NCBI RefSeq assembly: GCF_044704955.1
Contig: NC_091984.1
Coordinates: 143,778,001-143,842,000 of the forward strand
Direction: 5' to 3'
Source of the DNA: Pristiophorus japonicus
Taxonomy: Eukaryota
DNA: 64,000 bases
In this document: positions 51,101 to 63,445 of the stretch, one piece after another
Position numbering within the stretch: position 1 is the stretch's first letter
Layout: each line of letters starts with the position of its first letter
Translations under genes and position numbers: made by a program
Notes under the pieces: generated by a model
What the model saw: the letters and a program-made list of their open reading frames with translations, nothing else
Told to the model about the DNA's origin: nothing
Database searches by the model: none

Positions 51101-51800
51101 TGGGAGCTTGCTGTGCACAAATTGGTTCCCGTGTTGGCCACATTATAACAGTGACTACACTTCAAAATGTACTTCATTGGCTGTGAAGCACTTTGGAACA
51201 TCCTGAGGTGTGAAAGGTGCTATATAAATGCAGGTCTTTCTTTAATTTCTCTTTTCTTTTTGTTAACTGGGACTCGCACAATTCCCCTGCTGATTAAACT
51301 TGGACCCAGCAGAAAATCCCCAGATCACGAACTAACGTTCCATAAGAACATGGGAATTAGGAGCAGGAGGAGGCCATTTGGCCCCTCGAGCCTGCTCCAC
51401 CATTCAATGAGATCATGGCTGATCTTGTACCTCAACTCCACTTTCCTGCACTGTCCCCATATCCATCGATCCCTTAATATCCAAAAATCTATCGATCTCC
51501 GGAATATACTCAAGGACTGAGCCTCCACAGCCCTCTGGGGTAGAGAATTCCAGAGATTCACCACCCTCTGAATGAAGAGGGTTCTCCTCATCTCAGTCCT
51601 AAATGGCCGACCCCTTATTCTGAGACTGTGACCCCTGGTTCTAGACTTCCCAGCCAGAGGAAACATCCTCCCTGCATCTACCCTGTCAAGCCCTGTCAGA
51701 ATATTGTATGTTTCAATGAGATCCCCTCTCATTCTTCGAAACACTAGAGAATATAGGCCTAATATACTCGATCTCTCCATAGGACAATCCCCCCATCCCA
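48165..51800 (-). mobile_element. CR1 LINE fragments in the J-C intron (about 48165-48570, 49140-51075, 51340-51800), a nested + tail and a SINE piece; 48570-49135 is unique
   Basis: RGDLIE, FTQRVV, LVRPHLEY and KSPGPD motifs. Confidence 0.8.
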
Positions 51801-52740
51801 GATGTCCGTCTGATGTGTCTGCGTGTTTGTCACATGTGACGGAGCAGATGTTCCACCAGCAACACAGGACGTTACCTCAGTGCCCGGCCCACTTTCCCCA
51901 TCCACTTACCACATTCTTACAGGTAAACGGGCTCAGCACCTGCTCTCAGCCGGTGAAATGTCTCCCCTCTACACCACAGGCTGCCCATCATCTGCTCCCC
52001 ATCTCACTCCTGAAGGCACTACCTCTGGCTGGGGCTCAGCTCCTCTCCCCAAGTGGGCTCACTGTCCCAGTGTGAGCCTAGAGACTGAGCTCCCCAAGTG
52101 GGCTCACTGTCCCAGTGTGAGCCCAGAGAGTGAGCTCCCCAAGTGGCCTCATTGTCCCAGTGTGAGCCCAGAGACTGAGCTCCCCAAGTGGGCTCACTGT
52201 CCCAGTGTGAGCCTAGAGACTGAGCTCCCCAAGTGGCCTCATTGTCCCAGTGTGAGCCCAGAGACTGAGCTCCCCAAGTGGGCTCACTGTCCCAGTGTGA
52301 GCCCAGAGACTGAGCTCCCCAAGTGGCCTCATTGTCCCAGTGTGAGCCCAGAGACTGAGCTCCCCAAGTGGCCTCATTGTCCCAGTGTGAGCCCAGAGAC
52401 TGAGCTCCCCAAGTGGGCTCATTGTCCCAGTGTGAGTCCAGTGAGTGAGCGTGTCAGGCTAATCGACCGTGAGGTGTCAGCTGTGGCTCAGTCGCTAGCA
52501 TGCTCGGCTCTGAGAAAAGGAAGATTTGCATTTATATAGCGCCTTTCACGACCACCAGACATCCCAAAGTGCTTTACAGCCAATGAAGTACTTTTTGAAG
52601 TGTACTCACTGTTGTAATGTGGGAAACTCAGCAGCCAATTTGTGCACAGCAAGCTCCCACAAACAGCAATGTGCTGATGACCAAATAACCTGTTTTTGTT
52701 ATGTTGATTGTGGGATAAATATTGGCCAGGACACCGGAGT
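51370..52740 (+). repeat. Direct duplication partner of 63020-64000 (CR1 tail, unique E-box block, 45-bp repeat, SINE)
   Basis: Same junction order and unique sequence cagatgtccgtctgatgtgtc...gaaggcactacctctggctgggg in both copies. Confidence 0.9.
52047..52440. repeat. 45-bp minisatellite, about 9 copies
   Basis: Unit ccccaagtgggctcactgtcccagtgtgagcccagagactgagct. Confidence 0.93.
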
Positions 52741-53097
52741 TTGATTTGAACCCACAATCTCTGACTCAGAAGCGAGGGTGGTTCCAACTGAGCCACTGGC
52801 TGATACCATTCGGCCCATCGTGTCCGTGCCAGCCGACAAAGATCTATCCAGCCTAATCCCACTTTCCAGCTCTGGGTCCGTAGCTCTGTAGGTTACAGCA
52901 CTTCAAGTGCACATCCAAGTACTTCTTAAATGTGGTGAGGGTTTCTGCCTCTACCACCCTTTCAGGTCGTGAGTTCCAGACCCCCACCACCCTCTGGGTG
53001 AAAAGGATTCTCCTCAACTACCATCGAATCATTCTATCAATTACTTTAAATCTGTGACACCTGGTTAGTGACCCTACTGCAGAGGGAAATAGGTCTT

Positions 53098-55020
53098 GGC
53101 CGCATCCTCCGCCAGGATCAACTGTGAAATGTTCCGCACTCCTGGTGGGTCAGTGGCAGGTGGACTCCCTGCCAGAGGAGCTCAGGCCTTTTGCCGAGAG
53201 CACGACCCATCTCCTCTATCTGGGAGTCTACCTTAGCCCTGATGTGGAAGCCTGGCCGGCGAACTGTCAGGAGCTGGAGGCCAAAGTCGCCGCTCACCTA
53301 GGGCGCTGGACAGGACTGCTCCGAGTGCTGTCCTACAGGGGTTCACTGCTATCATAAACCAGCTGGTGGCCGCTATGCTGTGGTACTGGCTGGTCACTTT
53401 GACCCCTCCCCCTGCGTTTGTCGCCAAGATACAGAAGAAGCTGGTGGACATCTTCTGGAACAACAGGAAACATTGGGTCTTTGCTGCGGTTTTAAGTCTC
53501 CCGCTTAGGGAGGGCGGTCAGTCGTTGGTGTGCATCAGTACCCAGCATGCGACTTTCCATCTTCAGACCCTACAGAGATACCTGTACATCGAGCCCCCTC
53601 CTACGTGGCGTGCGTTGGGGACGTATTTCTTCCGCCAGCAGTACTGCCTCAATTATGACACGCAGCTCCTGTTTCTGAGCCTGGGGGGCATCAGGACCCA
53701 CATATGGGGGCTTCCTGTCTTTTACCAGGAATTCATCAGAGTCTGGAACAGTGTCGCCACCAAGCGCAGGTCTCCCCAGTCTGGAGTGGCAGCTGTCCTG
53801 CAGGAGCCGCTGCTCAGGAATCTGTACCTCCATGACCGCGGTTTTAGGTGGCAGGCAGACGAGAGTACTGTGGTTGGCGAGGTGACCAGGGTCAGGGATC
53901 TGCTCGATGGCGGAGGAGTGGGCTGGATGGTGCCAGATGTGGTAGGACGTTGCCTAAACTGGGTCAACATCCAGCGCGCAGCCAATGCCATCGAGTCGCT
54001 AAAAACAGCACTGGTCCCTGACTCCGTTAGGTGTGCCGAGGAGGCTCAAGCACGTGGGCCGATCCCCTCCGAACTGACCCCCGTCCAGACAGAATTCCTC
54101 ATCGCACCAAGACCCGAATCTGTGCCTCCCAACTTGAGCCTCCTCGGGGAAATCCCCTCCGTGCCTTTCAGTTCTGCGTGGAGGGGTTTCCTGTACGGGC
54201 TGTTCCTGCACACTCTCAAACTTGACATCCTCGTCTGCCGTCCGGACACGCCATGGCATACCATCTTGTCATCCGGAGGAGGCGGGGGTCCCCAGTGCAG
54301 TGCACTCTACGTGGGAGTCCTCCCTCTATTTATTGGGGACTTGGCCTGGAGGGTGTTGCACGGAGCAGTCCCATGCAATAAGTTTTTAAGTCGGTTCACG
54401 GGCTCCCAGGCCGCCTGCAATTTCTGCTGTCTGGAAGAGTCTGTGTTCCTTGTTTTTATGGAGTGTGTGAGGTTGCAGCCCCTCTTCTGTTATTTGAAGG
54501 GGCTGCTCCTCAAATTCTGGTTGCACTTCAGTCCCATACTCCTGATCTTTGGGCATCCTGTGCGAAGAGGAGCGGGCAGGTCAGAAGGCCTCGCCGTAGG
54601 ACTGCTCCTAGGCATGGGCAAGGTGGCCATCAGCCGGTCCAGGCAGCGGGCGGTCGAAGGGGTCGTTCATCCTGACTGCCTGCCTCTCTTCCGCGGTTAC
54701 ATCCGAGCCAGGGTATCCCTGGAGCTGGAGCATGCGGTGTCCACCGGTACGCTCGTGGCCTTCTGCGAGAGGTGGGCGCCGGAGGGACTGGAGTGCATCA
54801 TCACCCCCGGCAACCAAATTTTAATTTGATCATTTAATTTTATAGTTTAATTTGTTTAATTTGCCAGTTTTAGTGCCCCCCCTTTTTGGACCAGGGGTCA
54901 CTTGTATAATTTGTGTGTTGCTGCCCTCAAAAAAAAAAGGGTACTGGAAAAATGTATCTTGGTGTGTGACCCTCCCCCCCCTCCCTTCAGGGGGCATTTG
55001 TTTAAAGTGCACAAATAAAA
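53098..55020 (+). mobile_element. 5'-truncated Tx1-clade LINE with a long residual ORF (53366-54829)
   Basis: YLGV, LSYRG, REGGQSLV, AWRVLHGAV and CNFC motifs; A-rich tail at about 55010-55020. Confidence 0.88.
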
Positions 55021-55029
55021 TAGTTGTGG

Positions 55030-57940
55030 GAAATAGGTCCTTCTTAACCACTCTATCTCGGCCCCTCATAGTTTTATACACCTCAATTAAATCTCCCCTC
55101 AGCCTCCTCTGCTCCAAAGAAAATAACCCAGCCTATCCAATCTTTCATCACAACTAACATTTTCCAGTCCTGGTAACATCCTCGTAAATCTCCTTTGTAC
55201 TCTAGCTGTGGCCTAACTAGCATTTGAAACAGTTATAGCATAACCTCCCTGCTCTTATATTCAATGCCACGACTAATAAAGGCAAGTGTCCCATATGCCT
55301 TCTTAGCCACCTTATCTACCTGGCCTGCTATCTTCAGAGATCTGTGGTCCTGCACTCCAAGGTCCCTTTGTTCCTCTACACGTCTCAGGGTCCTACCATT
55401 TAATGTGTCTTCCCTTGCCTTGTTAGCCTTCCCCAAATGCATTACCTCACAGTTCTCTGGATTGAAATCCATTTGCCACTGTTCTGCCCACCTGACCAGT
55501 CCATTTATACCTTCCTGCAGTCTACAGCTTTCTTCCTCACTAGCATCTGCAAACTTCTTAATCATGTTCCCGACATTGAAGTCTAAATCATTGGTGTATA
55601 TTACAAAGAGTAAGGGACTTAGTACTGAGCCCTGTGGAACCCCACTCGAAACAGCCTTCCAGTCACCAAAACGCCCGTTGACCATTACCCTTGGCTTCCT
55701 GCCACTGAGCCAATTTTGGATCCAACTTGCTACTTTCCCTTGGATTCCATGGGCTTTTACTTTTCTGCCACATGAGACTTTGCCAAATGCCTTGCAAAAA
55801 TCCATGTCGACTACATCAAAGGTGCAACACTCATCGACCCTCCTTGTTATCTCAGCAAAAAATTCACTCAAGTTAGTCAGGCACGACCTTCCCTTAACAA
55901 TTCCATGCTGACTGTCCTTGATTAATCTGTCGCTTTCTATATGACAATTTATCCTCTCCCTCAGAATTGTTTCCAATAATTTTCCCACCACCGAGGTTAG
56001 GCTGACTGGCCTGTAATTACTCGGTCTATCCCTTTCTCACTTTTTAAACAAAGGTACACGTTAGCAGTCCTCCAGTCCTCCAGTCCTCCGACACCACACC
56101 TGGAGCCAGAGAGGATTGGAAAATGATGGTCATAGCCTCTGCTATTTCCTCCCTTGCTTTTCTTGACAACCTGGGATACATTTGATCTGGGCCTGGTGAT
56201 TTATCCACTTTCAAAGCTGCTAAGCCCCTCAATACTTCCTCTCTCACTCTGTTTATCTTATCTCATATTTCACACTTCTCCTCCTGAATTACAATGTCTG
56301 CATCGTCCCTCTCTTCTGTGAAGACAGATGCAAAGTATTCACAAAGAACCATACCCACGTCTTCCGTCTCCACACACAGGTTATCTTTTTGGTCTCCAAT
56401 AGGCCCCACTCTTGCCTTGCTCTTTATGTATTTATAAAACATCTTTGGGTTTTCCTTGATATTACTTGCCAATATGTTTTCATGCCCTCTCTTTGCATTC
56501 CTAATTTCCTTTTTAATTTCACCCCTGCACTTTCTAAACTTCTCTGGGCTTTCTGCAGTATTTAGCACTGGGTATCTGACATTAGCTTCCCTTTTTTGCC
56601 TTATCCTACCCTGTATGACCTGTGCCATCCAGGGGGCTCTAGATTTGGGAGTGCCACCCTTTTCCTTTGTGGGAACATACTTGCTCTGAACCCTCACTAT
56701 CTCCCCGTTGAATGCCTCCCACTGCTCTGACACTGATTTACCTTCAAGTAGCTGTTTCCAGCCCACTTTTGCTAAATCACCTCTCAGCTGAGTAAAATGG
56801 GCCTTTCCCCAATTGAGAACCTTTATTCCTGCTCTATCTTTGTCCTTTTCCATAACTACGCTAAATCTAACTGAATTATAATCACTAGCACCAAAATGCT
56901 CTCCCACTGATACCCTTTCCACCTGCCCAGCTTCATTCCCTAAAACTAAGTCCAGAACCGACCCCTCCCTTGTTGGGCTTGCTACGTTCTGGCTATAAAA
57001 GTTCTCCTGAATGCATTTGAAGAATTCTGCGACCTCTATACCTTTGACACTGATTCCATCCCAGTTAATGTGAGGGGAGTTGAAATCCCCGACTATTGCT
57101 GCCCGATTGTTTTTGACCTTCTCAGCAATTTGCCGACATGTTTTCTCTTCTATCTCCCTCTGACTGTTTAGGGGTCTATAGTACACTCCCAGCAGTGTGA
57201 CCGGCCCTTTTATATTCATCATTTTTACCCATATGGACTCATTTGATGATCCTTCGAACATATCCTCCCTCTGTCAGAGGTGCTGTCTTTCAGATGAGAC
57301 GTGAAACCAAAGTCCCGTCTGCCCTCTCAGGTGGACATGAAAGATCCCATAATTACTACTGGAAGGCAAGGGGGTTCTTCCCAGTGTCCTGGCCAATATT
57401 TATCCCACAACAAACATAGTTAAAACTGATGATCTGGTCATGATCTCATTGCAGTCTGGGAGCTTCATAGAATCAGCGAAATTTACAGCATGAAAGGAGG
57501 CCATTCGGCCCATCGTGTCCGCACCGGTCGACAAAGATCTATCCAGCCTAATCCCAGCTCTTGGTCCGTAGCCCTGTGGGTTACGGCATTTCAAGTGTAC
57601 ATCCAAGTACTTCTTAAATGTGCTAAGGGTTTCTGCCTCTACCATCCTTTCAGGCAGTGAGTTTCAGACCCCCACCACCCTCTGGGTGATGACATTTCCC
57701 CTCAAATCCCCTCTAAATCTCCGACCAATCACTTGAGATCTATGCCCTGGTTATTGAGCCCTATGCTAAGTGAAATAGGTCCGTCTTATCCATGCTATCT
57801 GGGGCCCTCATAATTTTATACACCTCAATAAGGTCTCCCCTCAGCCTCCTCTGTTCCAAAGAAAACAACCCCAGCCTATCCAATCTTTCCTCATAGCTAA
57901 AATTTTGCAGTCCAGGCAACATCCTCGTAAACCTTCCTGT
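55030..57940 (-). mobile_element. CR1 LINE ORF2 fragments with SINE pieces
   Basis: ORFs 55233-55991 and 56263-57261 (endonuclease and RT motifs). Confidence 0.88.
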
Positions 57941-58489
57941 GTGCAATTGGTTGTAAAGCAACTTCAGAAGTCCTGAGGTTGTGAAAGGCGCTATATAAAT
58001 TCAAGGCTTTCTTTCATTGAAGTGGGTGCGCCCTGATCCTGACCCTCAGCCATTGTCCGCGCACTCTGACCTTCCAGGAGGTCACGGGATCATTGGGAGC
58101 AGTGACCCTGCCTGACCCCGGTACACTGAGGCTAATTGTAGCCTCACCCTTGACCTCACCCCGGTGCTGCGCAGCAAGCTTTTAAATGCAATCTAGAAGC
58201 TTCTACACCGACACCCAACATGAAGCCTTGCTGAAGTGTGTTTATACAAGTGTGCCGCAATGTTCCCGGATAAAGTTCTCCCGATCTGTGTGTGATCTGA
58301 GCTTTCTCACTGCTGAGCCTGTTTCCCCTGTATCCACCCATCTACAGTTCGAGCTTCCTGCCAGTGAACAGTGTCTTAATGGGACACTCAGTCTTTACCG
58401 ACTCTTACTGTTAACCATTTCAGTGCTGAATGTGTGCCAACCCTGCACTGTAGATGTTTATACAACAGTCCAATATGATTTTGAGTATC

Positions 58490-58950
58490 AGCTGTGGCTC
58501 ACTGCGTTGCACTCTCGCCTCGGATTCAGAAGGTTGTGGGATCAAGTCCCACTCTACGGACTTGAGCACAAAAATCGAGGCTGACACTCCAGTGCAGTGC
58601 TGAGGGAGCGCCGCACTGTCGGAGGCGCCGTCTTTCGGATGAGACGTTAAACCGAGGCCCCGTCTGCCCTCTCAGGTGGATGTAAAAGATCCCATGCCAC
58701 TATTTTAAAGAAGAGCAGGGGAAATCTCCCCGGTGTCCTGGCCAATATTTATCCCTCAACCAACATGACAAAAGAACAGATTATCAGGTCGTTATCACAT
58801 CGCTGTTTGTGGGAGCTTGCTGTGCGCAGATTGGCTGCCGTGTTTCCCACATTGCAACAGTGACTACACTCCAAAAGTACTTAATTGGCTGTAAAACGCT
58901 TTGAGATGTCCGGTGGTTGTGAAAGTTGCAATATAAATGCAATATTTCTT
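58490..58950 (+). mobile_element. Full-length Deu-domain tRNA-SINE (SacSINE1-like)
   Basis: tRNA-like head gtggctca...tcaagtccc, core ggatgagacgttaaaccgaggcccc, tail tataaatgcaa. Confidence 0.82.
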
Positions 58951-59189
58951 TTTTTTTTAATCACCTTAACATCAAACGCATTTATATTTAGATCAAACTG
59001 ATCAAGTGAGGCAAAGAAGATTAAAAATTAGTGTTGCTCGCCTCTAATGGTTAATCACCAGCCAGGAGTTCATTAACCCAGCTCTCCGTTATCAGATGTG
59101 AATTATCCCCACACGGAAACACCCACAGAGACACACACACACACAGACACTAATATACACCTGTTAAACATCCTTCTCCTCCCTTTCAG

Positions 59190-59518
59190 GCCGAGGGAAG
59201 ACACCACCCACGCTGACCCTGCTGCCCCCCTCCCCGGAGGAGGTCACGACCAAGGGCACTGCCACCCTGGTGTGCCTCGCCGATCACTTCTACCCCGATG
59301 CGGTGGAGGTGGAGTGGAAGAAGGACGGGGCGACCATTTCGGCCGGGGTCCAGACCAGCGACTACCTGCGAGCTTCGGACAACACCTACAGTGTCAGCAG
59401 CCTGCTGACCCTCTCTGGCTCCGACTGGGAATCCAACGCCAGCTTCTCCTGCAGCCTCACCCACGAGAGCCTCTCCTCTCCCCTCAGCAAGGGGGTCAGG
59501 AGAGCAGAATGTGCGTAG
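59190..59518 (+). CDS. IGKC: Ig light-chain (kappa-type) constant exon of the V-J-C cluster
   Basis: Acceptor ccctttcag; C1-set Cys and Trp residues; penultimate interchain Cys; in frame with J. Confidence 0.95.
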
Positions 59519-59948
59519 TGTGTCAGGGACAGTCCGCGGGGGAGACACAACTTTAAATAGAACAGGGGGTGAGCCGGGAGGGCAAAGGTCATTGTCAGCA
59601 CTGCATTTCTACTTTCTTCCTTCTCGGGACTGGGTCAGGGAAAGCATCTGAGTGTCAGGGGGTAAGGCAAGTTATTGGGGAAGTGTCGAGGGAGCTTTAC
59701 TCTGTATCTAACCCGTGCTGTACCTGCCCTGGAAGTGTTTGATGGGACAGTGTTGACTCGTGCTGCCAAGTAAAACTTCTCGAAGATGCTGAAGACTGTC
59801 AGCAGAGTAAAACTAATGTTAAACTGCAAAGTGCCGCTTCAGTAAGCAGACCCCCTCCCTGCTCACCCTGATGTTGCAATTCAAGGTTTAGTCCCCGTTT
59901 AAAGGGACAGGATTCTCACGGTGTGGAGAAAATCCTCACAACTGTTTT

Positions 59949-60049
59949 AATAAAGCTGCATTCTCCCTGTGAATGTCTCCAGCTCGCTCTCGCTGGGCTG
60001 TTTATTCAAGTCTTGTTTCTCTAAATGTGAATCTGTAAAAGGCAATAAA
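59949..60049 (+). terminator. Two polyadenylation signals of the C exon
   Basis: AATAAA at 59949-59954 and 60044-60049; both retained in the inverted copy (tttatt at 23641 and 23546). Confidence 0.7.
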
Positions 60050-60754
60050 CGTGAAGAATATTCAGTCTGTGTCTGGCGAGTGCTTTGGAAATGTCCCTCC
60101 TCCCCTTCAGCTGGATTGGCTGCATTTCAGTAAGTGTCTGTCCTGATTGGCTGGCTGGGCTGTCAATCAATGGCACGTCAGCAGGAGATTTGTTTTAAAG
60201 CCAATTATCAATCATTTTAAAACGATCAATTTGACCTCGAACCCCTGGAGTGCACAAGATTAAACACAGAGACACTAAAAGCTGCTGGGATTAAACCCTC
60301 CCAGTCTGAGCATTGGCTCTCACTCTGCACACTGGGGGTGTTGGGGCAGCCCCGATAGTGGGATCGCACTGTGCACTTGTGCTGACTGCTGGGGGCAATC
60401 TGGGGGCAGGAGGCCAACGTCACAACGTTGCATTCTCTCTCCTTAACGTGTGCCTCGTGGCAGCAGCACATAACTGTACCGAGTGAGGCCCCAGCTTCGG
60501 GAGAGGAGCAGTCAATGTCTCACTGTGTTCATATCCCTGAGTGTTAGTGTGTGTTACCCAGCACCGCCTGTAGGTGTGCGTGTGTGACTGTTACCCAGCA
60601 CTGTTATTTCGGCCTGAGGAGTGCTCCGCGGTGATGCGGTCTTTAAGGGACTGTGGGGGAGAAGGGGAGTGGAGGGGTGACCTGGGCGGATGATCAGGGG
60701 CTGACCTTGTGTCGAATGGTGGGGACCAGGGCGATCGGGCGGGGTGTTCTCAGG

Positions 60755-63445
60755 GAGTCTCACCAATACCCTGTGCAGATGTAGCAGGACTTCTCTGCTT
60801 TTATACTCCATCCCCCTGACAATAAAGGGCAACATTACATTAGCTTTCCTGATCACTTGCTGTACCTGCATACTAACTTTTTGTGTTTCATGCACCAGGA
60901 CCCCCAGGTCCCTCTGTGCTGCAGCAGTTTGCAAGTTTTCTCCTTTTAAATAATAAATTGCTTTCCTATTCTTTCTGCCAAATGGATAACTTTACATTTT
61001 CCCACATTATACTCCATCTGCCAACGTTTTGCCCACTCACTGAGCCTGTCTATATCCCTTTGCAGATTTTTAGTGTCCTCCTCACAATGTGCTTTTCCAG
61101 CCACCATCATAGGCAGTCCCTCGGAATTGAGGAAGACTTGCTTCCAATCTTAAAATGAGTCGTTAGGTGACTGAACAGTCCAATACGAGAACCACAATCC
61201 CTGCCACAGGTGGGACAGACAGTCATTGAGGGTAAGGGAGGGTGGGACAGTTTGCTGCACGTTCCTTCCGCTGCCTGCACTTGATTTCTGCATGCACCAC
61301 GGCGATGAGATGCGAAGTGCTCAGCGCCATCCCAGATACATTTCCTCCACTTCGGGAAGTCTTTGGCCAGGGTCTCCCAGGTGTCAGTGGGGATTTTGCA
61401 CTTCATCAGGGAGGCTTTGAGGATGTCCTTGTAATGTTCCTCTGCCCACCTTTGGCTCGTTTGCCGTGAAAGAGTTCCGAGTAGCGCGAGTATTCAAAAA
61501 GGAGTTAGATGTAGTCCTTACTACTAGGGGGATCAAGGGGTATGGCGAGAAAGCAGGAATGGGGTACTGAAGTTGCAAGTTCAGCCATGAACTCATTGAA
61601 TGATGGTGCAGGCTCGAAGGGCCGAATGGCCTACTCCTGCACCTGGTTTCTATGTTTCTATGTTTGGGTGTCTTGTATCTGGCATGTGGACAATGTGGCC
61701 TGCCCATGGAGCTGATCAAGCATGGTCAGTGCTTCAATGCTGGGGATGTTGGCCTGGTCGAGGACACTAATGTTGGTGCGTCTGTCCTCCCAGCAAATTT
61801 TGCTACTTTACACTCAGTTCCTTCGTCATTAATAGAGATTGGAAATAATTGAGGCCCCAGCACCGATCCCTGTGGCACCTCACTAGTTACTGTTTGCCAA
61901 AGGGAAAATGACCCATTTATCCTGATTCTCTGTTTTCTGTTAGTTAGCCAATCTTCTATCCATGCTAATATATTACCCCCAACCCCGTGAACTTTTATTT
62001 TGTGTCTTTTATGTGGCACCTTATCGAATGCCTTCTGGAAATCCAAATACACCACATCCACTGGTTCCCCTTTATCCACCCTGCTCGTTACATCCTCAAA
62101 GAATTCCAGCAAATTTGTCAAACATGATTTCCCTTTCTTAAAACCATGCTGACTCTGCTTGATTGAACTACGTTTTTCCAAATGTCCTGCTAATGCTTCC
62201 TTAATATTGGACTCCAGCATTTTCCCAACGATGTTAGGCTAACTGGTCTATAGTTTCCTGCTTTCTGTCTGCCTCCTTGTTTAAATAGGGATGTTACATT
62301 TGCTCTGCGTGCTTCGGAGAGGGCGTTAAAAGGAGCGGCGACATTCAGTATACCAGATTTTGCCTCAATTCAACAACAACAACTTGTATTTATATAGCGC
62401 CTTTAACGTAGTGAAACGTCCCCAGGCACTTCCCAGGAGTATTATGAGATACAAAAGTTGACACCGAGTCACATAAGAAGAAATTAGTGTAGGTGACCAA
62501 AAAGTTATGTTTTAAGGATCGTCTTGAAGGAGGAAAGAGAGGTAGAGAGGCGGAGAGGTTTCGGGAGAGAGTTCCAGAGCTTGGGGTCTCGGCAACAGAA
62601 GGCATGGCCACCAATGGTTGAGCGATTATAATCAGGGATGCTCAGGAGGGAAGAATTGGAGGAGCACAGACATCTCGGGGGCTTGTGGGGCTGGAGGAGA
62701 TTACAGAGATAGGGAGGGGCGAGGCCATGGAAAGATTTGAAAACAAGGATGAGAATTTTAAAAATCGAGGCATTGCTTAACCGGAAGCTGATGACGGTCT
62801 CTACCCTCCCCTTTCCCCCGCCCCCCCGAGCTGCTCCCAAGCCTCGCTCCCTCCCCTCCCTCACTCCTGCCCTCCTCACACCCCATCCCTCCTTCTCCCT
62901 CCCCCCAATCCTAACCCTCCCATCCATCACCCTGCACTCCCTCCCCACCTCCGTGCCCCCCTACCTCACATGCCCCTCCTCACCCCCCATCCCCTCTGTC
63001 CCTCCCAAACTGGAGTAGCCCATTCGGCCCTTCGAGCCTGCTCCACCATTCAATGAGATCATGACTGATCATTTATCACAACTCCACTTTCCTGCACTGT
63101 CCCCATATCCCTCGATTCCCTTAATATCCAAAAATCTATCGATATCCGTCTTAAATATATTCAACGACTGAGCCTCCACAGCCCTCTGGGGTAAAGAATT
63201 CCAACATTTTCTGAGTGAAGAGGTTTCTCCTCATCTCAGTCCTAAATGGAGGACCCCTTATTCTGAGACTGTGACCCCTGGTTCTAGACTCCCCAGCCAG
63301 AGGAAACATCCTCCCTGCATCTACCCTGTCAAGCCCTGTCAGAATATTGTATGTTTCAATGAGATCCCCTCTCATTCTTCGAAACACTGGAGAGTATAGG
63401 TCCAGTCTACTCAATCTCTCCAGAGGACAATCCCCTATCCCAGAT
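60755..63445 (-). mobile_element. Mosaic of CR1, RTE (about 61105-61790) and L2 (about 62370-62790) fragments
   Basis: Family-typical peptide motifs and tails on the - strand. Confidence 0.8.

Larger units (their letters stand above)
55640..60605 (+). repeat. Right arm of the inverted segmental duplication (partner 21815-27620)
   Basis: Reverse-complement match to the left arm; 58166-58470 is present only in this arm. Confidence 0.93.

Noticed and set aside
52047-52440. Heptamer-like CACTGTC in the 45-bp repeat, and the repetitive 238-aa ORF 51823-52539
   Set aside because: No nonamer at 12 or 23 spacing; the ORF stays open only because the unit length is a multiple of 3.
58490-58560. tRNA gene
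   Set aside because: Degenerate tRNA-derived head of a SINE.
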